From Priapulus caudatus (taxonomy: Eukaryota): a DNA stretch of 63,363 nt. Shown in pieces: positions 11,588 through 20,562 of this stretch (the first letter of the stretch is position 1; every line of letters begins with the position of its first letter). The notes under the pieces are model-generated. The model worked only from the letters and a program-made list of their open reading frames with translations, ran no database searches and was not told the DNA's origin. The DNA lies in the NCBI RefSeq assembly GCF_000485595.1, contig NW_014577073.1, positions 388,427 to 451,789 of the forward strand, in the 5' to 3' direction. The translations under genes and the position numbers were made by a program.

Positions 11588-12838
11588 TCGCTCTCCGTGT
11601 TGTGCGCAGCTCCGACGTCGTCTGCTTCCTGCTCTGTAGTTAATCTTGACAACAAATCAGCAGTCGCATTTTCGACCCCCTTTCGGTACACAATGGTAGG
11701 GCTATATTCGCTAATGATCATGGCCCATCACAACAGCTTCAGGTTTTGCAACTTCGGTGATGTTAGCAAGAATTTAAGTGGTAAATGATCACAGATTATC
11801 GTAAATCTACTGCCAGCTAAAAAATGCCTGCTTTTCGTTAGTGCAAACACTATAGCTAAAGCTTCACGTTCGGCAGTTGGCCACCTCGCCTGTGTAGGAG
11901 TTAACCTAGCACTAATATATAAAATGACAACCTCGTGCCCCTGCGCATCCTTTTGCGACAATGCGGCACCGACGGCGTATGCACTAGCATCTGTATACAA
12001 GAAATAAGGGTCATTAACTTGCGGATAAGCGAGAATTGGTGCTGTCAACAACGCCTGTTTTAATGCGTCGAAAGCACGCTGCGCATCGTCATTCCACACA
12101 AACCGTGCGTGCTTCTTGGTGAGGTGGGCCAACCAGCTTTGCAAAATCCTTAATGTGATTTCTATAATAATTAGCCATCCCGAGAACACGACGCATCTGC
12201 TTGACTGTCGTGGGCTCCTTCATCGCTTGAATGGCTGCGACTTTAAGCGGTTCTGGCTTCACTCCGTCCCTGCTGATCACATGTCCTAAATAACTAACAG
12301 ATTGCTTAAGAAATTCACACTTAGACGGATTTAATGTTAAACGCGCCTCACGCAGACGATCGAACACTACCTGTATATCTATAAGATGTTGCTCAAACGT
12401 CGGGGAGTGTACCACGATATCGTCAATATACGGTACAGCACATCTCTCCGTAAGCCCCTTTAACACGTTATTTAACAGTTGCTGAAAGACACTAGGCGAA
12501 TTTTTCAAGCCAAATGGGACGAAATGGTAGATGTACGTAGCCTTATGCGTGATGATAGCCGTCTTGTGTTGGTCGTCAGGATGCACAGGTATCTGAAAAT
12601 AACCACTCTTCAAATCCAACGTGGTAAAATATTTAGCGTTGGCTAATGAAGCCAAAATATCTTCAATCCTTGGTAACGGATACACGATGGCTTCGGTAAC
12701 TGCGTTAAGAGCCCTGTAATCGGCTACCAATCGACCGGTAGAGCTTCCTTTCTTAGGTACGATAAACACGGGCGTCGTCCAATCACTTGTGGCTTCCGAA
12801 ATAATTCCCGCTTCCAACAAAGCATTGATATGCTCCGT
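11568..12838 (-). pseudogene. pol: Inverted copy of pol (RT N-terminus through RNase H)
   Basis: LEAGII..PVFIVPKK..RLVADYRALN, LDLKSGYFQI, PFGLKNSP, YIDD, TDAS; 8-bp deletion near 12128 causes a frameshift. Confidence 0.92.
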
Positions 12839-12950
12839 ATGATCGTATAATAAATAATGCCTTTTATTTACCAGCGTCTAACAGGTCTACAAGTAATGCT
12901 GTGAGGACACGGACATAGCTTGTGCTGCTGCAGACCGGAATATTTTCGGA

Positions 12951-15900
12951 CTAAATATTTTACCACGTTGGATTTGAAGAGTGGTTATTTTCAGATACCT
13001 GTGCATCCTGACGACCAACACAAGACGGCTATCATCACGCATAAGGCTACGTACATCTACCATTTCGTCCCATTTGGCTTGAAAAATTCGCCTAGTGTCT
13101 TTCAGCAACTGTTAAATAACGTGTTAAAGGGGCTTACGGAGAGATGACCGGTCCCGTATATTGACGATATCGTGGTACACTCCCCGACGTTTGAGCAACA
13201 TCTTATAGATATACAGGTAGTGTTCGATCGTCTGCGTGAGGCGCGTTTAACATTAAATCCGTCTAAGTGTGAATTTCTTAAGCAATCTGTTAGTTATTTA
13301 GGACATGTGATCAGCAGGGACGGAGTGAAGCCAGAACCGCTTAAAGTCGCAGCCATTCAAGCGATGAAGGAGCCCACGACAGTCAAGCAGATGCGTCGTG
13401 TTCTCGGGATGGCTAATTATTATAGAAATCACATTAAGGATTTTGCAAAGCTGGTTGGCCCATTAACCAACCTCACCAAGAAACACGCACGGTTTGTGTG
13501 GAATGACGATGCGCAGCGTGCTTTCGACGCATTAAAACAGGCGTTGTTGACAGCACCAATTCTCGCTTATCCGCAAGTTAATGACCCTTATTTCTTGTAT
13601 ACAGATGCTAGTGCATACGCCGTCGGTGCCGCATTGTCGCAAAAGGATGCGCAGGGGCACGAGGTTGTCATTTCATATATTAGTGCTAGGTTAACTCCTA
13701 CACAGGCGAGGTGCCCAACTTTCGAACGTGAAGCTTTTGCTATAGTGTTTGCGCTAACGAAAAGCAGGCATTTTTTAGCTGGCAGTAGATTTACGATAAT
13801 CTGTGATCATTTACCACTTAAATTCTTGCTAACATCACCGAAGTTGCAAAACCCGAAACTGTTGCGATGGGCCATGATCATTAGCGAATATAGCCCTACC
13901 ATTGTGTACCGAAAGGGGGTCGAAAATGCGACTGCTGATTTGTTGTCAAGATTAACTACAGAGCAGGAAGCAGACGACGTCGGAGCTGCGCACAACACGG
14001 AGAGCGATCAACCGGAACTAGAGGGACCCGTTTTCACGGAGAGTATCAATACAGTGACCATAGCAGAACCACCAGGGACAAGGGCGGACGAGGACACCGC
14101 CGCAGGTCAAGAAGCGTACGAGGCGCCACCTGGTGACGCACCAGCTACAGAGGGGAGTAGTCCAGGTATGACAAACAATACACACCTAACGCACACAGCG
14201 CCACCTGGTGGCGAAGGAGGAGGAAAGGACGGTCGGGATGCCATACGACCAGCGGAAACCGCGCCAGCTACAGAGGGAGACACCGCCGAAGAGGAGCCGG
14301 CATTCGTCCTGAACATTACGACACCGCAAGACGAAGTGGCTTTGCTTACAGCGGACATTCCAGGCAATGCCAATCAGCAACTGACAGTGCTGCCATCACT
14401 AGTCGAAATATTGGAGCAGCAATGCAAGGACCCGCTATTATACAAGATACATGTGGCATTGACATCACCGGATGCTACAATTAAGGATTTAAACGTGCTG
14501 ACTAATTACATGATTTTGGACGATTTATTGCAGCATATCACAGAGGCGACAGCAACCACGGAACCTAGCGTGCAGCTAGTAGTACCACCACACTATCAGA
14601 CGGTTATAATGGCGTATCATCACGATAACATCTATAGTGCACATTTAGGCTTCGCCAAAACATATGCTAGGATCAAGGAGAGATATTATTGGCCAAAAAT
14701 GTATTCAACGATTTACGATTATGTACGCAGTTGCCTCATCTGTAAATCACGCAAGCTAACCTATGTACGTTCACCTTTAGCAGCGGCGCCAACGCCCGGG
14801 GCGCCTTTTGAAGTGATAGCGGTGGACACATGCCAGTTTCCAGCGACGCCTCGTGGTAATCGATACGTAATTCATTTCCACGATTTATATACGAGCTGGC
14901 CGGAAGTTTATGCGGTTAAGGATAAATCGGCCGAAACAGTGGCGAATCTTTTGATTAACGAAATTATCCCGAGACATTCTTGTCCGAGGATTTTACTTTC
15001 CGATAATGGCACGGAGTTTTGCAATAAGATAATGGATAAAGTAACGGAACATTTCCAGATAAAAGCCATAACGTGCGCACCATATCATCCTGCTTCTAAT
15101 GGAGCAAACGAACGCTTTCACAGAGTTTTGAACTCGATGTTGTCGCACTATGTTGACGCGGCACAGACGTCATGGGACTTGTTGTTGCCACCACTATTGT
15201 TAGCGTATCGGTCCGCCATTCATACTACGGCGCAGCATAGTCCGTTCTATTTGTTGTACGGCCGAGCACCGGTATTACCGATGGATAATTTGTTATTACC
15301 AAGAAGGAAGGCATACGATGAGGAACCGGTTTCGCAAGCGCTGGAGAGATTCCACCAGGCGTATGCGCACATGCGAACCGCAACGCAAGAGATGAGACAC
15401 CATAATAAGAAGCTTTACGACAAGCGGGCGAGGCTTCAGCAGTTCCAGGTTGGAGATCCAGTATTCTACCACGACCCGGTACTGAAGCCAGAGACCAGCC
15501 ATAAGCTAAATAGCCCGTGGAAAGCATATTATACGGTCATCAAAGTAATAACACCTAAGAAATTTCTTTTGCAACACAAAACGACACATTGCCAGGTCAC
15601 CTCCCATGTGGATAACATGCGAGCCGCCTATCCGTGGTTGCGCTGGGACCAACCGCGAGGAGAGGTCACGACCAGACCCAGGAGGGAAGCCAGAGCTGAA
15701 GTGATCCCTGAAGCCAGAGCTGAAGTGATCCCTGAAGCTATAGCGGAATCCGCTACTGAAGCCAACAAGGAAGCCACACCTGGAGAGAGTACAACGACAG
15801 GAGCTACCAGGAAACAACCACTGCGGCCTATCCTACGGGGAGCGAAGCTGCCATATCCAGTGACGATTCGGATTCAGGGGATGAAGCCATGCCATCAAGA

Positions 15901-15952
15901 CAGAGGGCTTCATCTCAGAGTAGCTATAGCGATAGCGATCTTTTACCATTAG
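12951..15952 (+). pseudogene. pol: Pol, 5'-truncated: RT C-terminal part, RNase H, spacer, integrase (HHCC, DDE) and C-terminal tail
   Basis: TDASAYAVGAALSQ, ERE, CDHLPL, ADLLSR; HH..H..C..C; VDTC, SDNGTEF, SNGANER; lacks protease and RT N-terminus; in-frame TGA at 13145-13147 just before YIDD. Confidence 0.93.
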
Positions 15953-16382
15953 CAAGGTTGGTGCAATCGCCGTTGCAGTAATCATCTACGGCGGCCTCCC
16001 ACTCGGACACCTCTGATCAAGGACTGTACGAGTAGGCAGGAAGTCAAGCGACAGGCAACTCACAATGATGCCAACAGGACCCGGGGCCTGGGGCATTATT
16101 GACAACCATGCGACACATAGGGAGAGCCATGACGATGGCACACCGGATCGTTATAGTCATAGGGAAAGGGGAGAGGTATACAATTCAGTGGCTACATTCG
16201 TTTCAGCTAGCACTTCGAGGGACCGCTAGAGACACAGGAACTCCTTCGAGGGGAGACTATGGCAGACCGTCATTACAGTACCCAGCATGAGTGAAATATC
16301 ACAGACTTCTAAGGACCTGTTGCTTTGCAGGGACATGCCGAGCCAGGGGAAGGGGTTTCACTTGGCTAAGTAAAATGACGCC

Positions 16383-16417
16383 GACTAAATAATCTTTCCT
16401 TATTTTTGTCATTACAG
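16383..16417 (+). promoter_or_regulatory. env splice acceptor
   Basis: GACTAAAT branch-like motif, TCTTTCCTTATTTTTGTC pyrimidine tract, TACAG|G immediately before a signal-peptide reading frame. Confidence 0.75.
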
Positions 16418-18671
16418 GTATCGACTGTGTGTTGCGACTCTCATACTCGCAGTGACGGTAGTAAGAGGAGAAGTGTTTGTACCGAAAGGGACGCTCGCAA
16501 TAACACAAAGTAGTTGGACCATCGTGTTTACGTTGGATGTATCACCTGTAAAGAATTATATGAGGGGTATTGATGATCAGATAGAATATTTGTTTAATGA
16601 GCGCAGCAAACGGGCCCCGCCTGCTGCGTCGCGACACCCTATTACTATAGTGACAGGGCTCGCATGTCGACACGAAATCAACCCACATTGAGGGGGGCAT
16701 TTCAAAAATGGCTTCACCCGAATGCTACAATAGTACCACTATGGATGAACAGCACAGTAAGAATGCAACAACAGAAACAAGTCCTCGCAAACAACGAACA
16801 ATTTCGTGAGATCATTGAGGTATTTATAAAGAAGCATGCAGCTGATTTCCGAATGCGCTATCATCGGCTATCAGAGCGCATTGAGGGGTTAACGTCTATG
16901 TTTGCTAATACGGGACATCGCTTCAAGCGATCATTATTGCCGTTTATCGGCCGATTTCAAAAAGCATTGTATGGAGTGGCGACGGAAGATGATTTAAATG
17001 ACTTACAAGCTAGATTAGCCGGGTTCGAGATCACGCAAGGGGCATTTCAACATGCCATAGAGGATTCATTAACAGTCTTTAATCTGACAAAGACGCAGGT
17101 AAAATTAAATCATGACACGTTAAACGAATTAATTGACGGCGTTGAGACCATGCGAGAGTTTGTCAATGGCATCAATGATCGGCTACTGACTTTGACGATT
17201 ACGCTGAATACGAGGACAGCAGCCATAATTCGCTTACAGACAACGATTGACATGATGATGTTAACTTTACAAGACGTCACGAATATAGTCGCGGACTTAG
17301 AACATTCACTAACCAGCTGTCTTACGGGCAGATTACCAATTTCGTTAGTACCGCCAACGCATTTACTAAGTATTTTGCGGAGTATCAAACAGGTGCTACC
17401 AAATTATCTGGCGATGCCGAAAGCATTAGACGAGACCATCCTGTATTACTATAGTTTATTGCAAACGATAGTGATACCAGTGCAGAATTCATTCCATATA
17501 CTGAACGTTTCTACCACTTAAGCATGTCGGCCACATAATAATGTCGATGTAATTATGTGTTATTTTTAACATTTTTCAAATATTGCCGGCACCTCAATAT
17601 ATTAATAACACGCGGGCGCACGTGTATTATGTGTTAGATGAGGAGTACGTGGCATTTGCGCAGGATAAAACACGTTACTTTTACCCTGAGCCCAACCTGG
17701 TACGCAAGTGCCTTCATGAAACCCATAACATTTGCCAGGCGGAGTCCGAAATCTATTACGTTAGAGGGTCCAGAGACTGTTTAGTGGCATTATTTTTAAG
17801 GCAAGCCGAGCACATACAAACTTATTGCCAGAGAAGGGTGAAGATGTGTGCTAACCCAAAGCATCTAGTTACATATATTGGTAATGGTCATTGGCTTTTA
17901 TCACCGGCAAAGACGTTTCGGTTGACAGTATCATGTCAGACAACCAATGACCAGCCTCCTACCATTACGGACATAGAGATAAAGTCACGTCAACTTGTAT
18001 CGTTGCAGTCGGGTTGCAGTGCGCATTCGGCTGACCTTACCTTGCCAACCTTTTACTTTCATGATTCGTCTGTAAATCTCACCAGATCGCTAGTTCATAT
18101 GTTACCTAAGGAGCTCCAGACACCGACAATATGGGCAGACCTGGCAGAATTGGCGGTAAAACGAGGTAATGCCAATGATCTCATCCCACAGTCTATAGTT
18201 CCCCCTAAGCTCTATGAAACCCATGACTTAGATATCGCATATCAGCATCTTAAGGACGCCATAGTTAATAGCCGAAGGATTTTCGATACTAACGAGGCAG
18301 CGCAGAACAATTTTCAGAGTGCACACATTCAGTGGCATCAGATAGTGATTTATGTTGCCATCGCGGTGGTAGCGATTGTCGTATTGTACTGCTGCTGTGC
18401 GCCACCACACCTCCGACCACGCCTATGCCAATCGTTCCCTGGCACCATACCGGCTCCTACCATTATACAACCCACGGTGCAACCCCTGTTGCAACAGGTT
18501 CATGCAACAGCACCCTTCATCCCGCAGCGCTTATATCCGACGGTGCACCCTGAAGAAATGGAGCATGAAGTAAGCCACAGGGTAGGAGCACATCCATTAG
18601 AGAATGTGCAGGATGGCGAGGAAGTGGAAATGAAAACTCTCGCTCGTTCAACGCGTTATCATAAGAATTAA
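16418..18671 (+). pseudogene. env: Envelope glycoprotein, baculovirus F / errantivirus Env type, with two frame disruptions
   Basis: Signal peptide (M)YRLCVATLILAVTVVRG; furin site plus fusion peptide RFKR/SLLPFIGRFQKALYGVAT; heptad region; Cys-rich ectodomain; TM IVIYVAIAVVAIVVLY followed by CCC; breaks at ~16660-16690 and ~17510-17583. Confidence 0.88.
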
Positions 18672-19083
18672 GACTATACTAAGGAGGCTCCATAGTTTAT
18701 TAGTATAACGATGCACAGGCGACGTATTTCACCATGTATCTAACAAGCACATATTGTATCGTGCACGAGTTAAAGCACTATGTGTTCACAAGTTCTAACC
18801 ACTATATGTTCGCGCGGTAACTGTCTCGGAAGATAATCTTAATGTTGCACAAGGACACAGTCTGTGTCACATATGTATAGATAGATAGCACTATGTTCAT
18901 CATTTCAGTACCAGTAGACAGGTGCTCACGCACACGTCTTCATCATTATATTGCGTGTTGGTTTTCCTTGTTTAGAGGTGTAAGCACGATGTTGTGAATG
19001 TGCCATGTAACCAGTACTATAGGATGCATTACCATGTATGCAGCACAGTAGAATAATCTAGACCTTTTTGAGTAACAGTCAAC

Positions 19084-19824
19084 ATGGACATGAACATCGA
19101 CGTCGTGGAGGCAACGCGTCACCTCCCCTACAACGATGACGACGACTGGACGGAGGAGATGGAAGACGCCCTGCGCGATATAAGGGCGCAGGCGAGCCGC
19201 ACGATGATTCATTACGACGACCCCACGCCGACCACAACGACTCCACGCCGAGCCCACACCGAGGACGCAGACGACGAGGCCACGGACAACGAAACGCCCC
19301 GCAAGCGTTACTGTCCGCGACCCATCAGCCACTCAGGGGCCATGCTAGCGGCCGGTATAAACATTGGAGGCGGCATGCGCTACGGGCCACTGTGCACACG
19401 CTGTGCACAGTGCCCCTGCCGTCGGCGCCTCCACAGTACGCCCATCAATGCCGTGCGGCCACTCGCCGAAGTGGTACCGCACGCGCACAGAGCCATGGCA
19501 CCAGCGGCTCGCCGTTACGGGGTGCCACCGGCAACGCCGCGCCTCATCTTCGGGGGAACGGCTGGGCAGGTGGCACACACCACCTGGCGGGCGTTCCTGG
19601 ACGACGTGCTCCGGTTCAGGAGATTGAACCCGGGGTTCACAGTCGTCCACCTCAATGACAATAGGCCCACCATCAAATTGGTGCCCATCGAGGAGGCACC
19701 ACTTCCAGGCGTCGCACTGGACCACCAGACACAACCAGGGGCATGGGGGGCCATCGATGAGGAGGAAATGGAGGAAGACGAGGAGGACGACGACGAGGAG
19801 GAAGACGACTTCTGGCGACGATGA
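19084..19824 (+). CDS. ORF4: uncharacterised 246-aa accessory protein with CxxCxxCxC cluster, basic NLS-like motif and acidic tail
   Basis: Intact ORF with good start context (CAACATGG), GC-rich, between env and the 3' LTR; motif-level homology to ORF 48414-48866. Confidence 0.75.
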   Translation: MDMNIDVVEATRHLPYNDDDDWTEEMEDALRDIRAQASRTMIHYDDPTPTTTTPRRAHTEDADDEATDNETPRKRYCPRPISHSGAMLAAGINIGGGMRYGPLCTRCAQCPCRRRLHSTPINAVRPLAEVVPHAHRAMAPAARRYGVPPATPRLIFGGTAGQVAHTTWRAFLDDVLRFRRLNPGFTVVHLNDNRPTIKLVPIEEAPLPGVALDHQTQPGAWGAIDEEEMEEDEEDDDEEEDDFWRR

Positions 19825-20011
19825 GTACTACGACGACGACGAGGAGCACGGCGACAGCGACGATGACAAAGGCGGCAGCCGGAAAAATTTTTTTTTGTTG
19901 TTTGTTTGATAATTAAATACTCAAATATATATATAAAAAATAAAAAAAACTATAATCAAATAAAAATATGTGTAGAAAATAATGTAATATGAGGTAAAAT
20001 ATTAAGTTTCT

Positions 20012-20313
20012 GACTAGTTTGATCTCGAGTTACGACACGTCACGCTACCTGTACCGTTGCTACAATCTAGACTACCTATCAATATGTAAGTTTTATGTTT
20101 CTATGTCGCGTACCTATCTGTATTCGTCGGCTCATTCCGTGGGCACATATTATATGTAGAGTCAAGCTGGAATAGTAAAGATGTTGTTGTCTGAAATATA
20201 GTATCTAGCGTTATGTGCTTTATCTGAAGTTGTGCACGACGGTACTCCTAATACACTACGCATTACTACTAGACGATCACGGATAACGAGAAAGTAAGAG
20301 AAACGTTATTACA
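20012..20313 (+). repeat. 3' LTR of element A (R-U5 only; U3 and PPT absent)
   Basis: Matches 10214-10515; ends TTATTACA followed by TSD TTCG. Confidence 0.9.
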
Positions 20314-20562
20314 TTCGTCATCTACCACACTCTGGTTATTATTTGCCGGACGAATCGCGCACGCACGCACGCACACGCACGCACACACACGGACACACAC
20401 CCCCACACACATAACTAGACAGAGGGCACTCACGGAGAGTGCATACCTCAGCCAGAATGTAACATGTATGTGTTACGAGCTGGCTCACCGCTCGCTGCTG
20501 GCTGCTGCTGACTGACTCGCCGCTCGCTGGTGGTTGCTGCTGACTCACTCGCCGCTCGCTGA

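Larger units (their letters stand above)
9949..20313 (+). mobile_element. Env-bearing Ty3/gypsy LTR retrotransposon / endogenous errantivirus-like provirus (element A), rearranged and defective
   Basis: TGTAATAA..TTATTACA termini, 4-bp TSD TTCG (9945-9948, 20314-20317), PBS, gag, RT-RNaseH-integrase order, F-type env, extra ORF4. Confidence 0.95.

Noticed and set aside
18946..19909. Overlapping antisense and alternative-frame ORFs around ORF4 (and 48372-48977)
   Set aside because: Expected by-products of GC-rich sequence; only the 19084 and 48414 frames share conserved motifs
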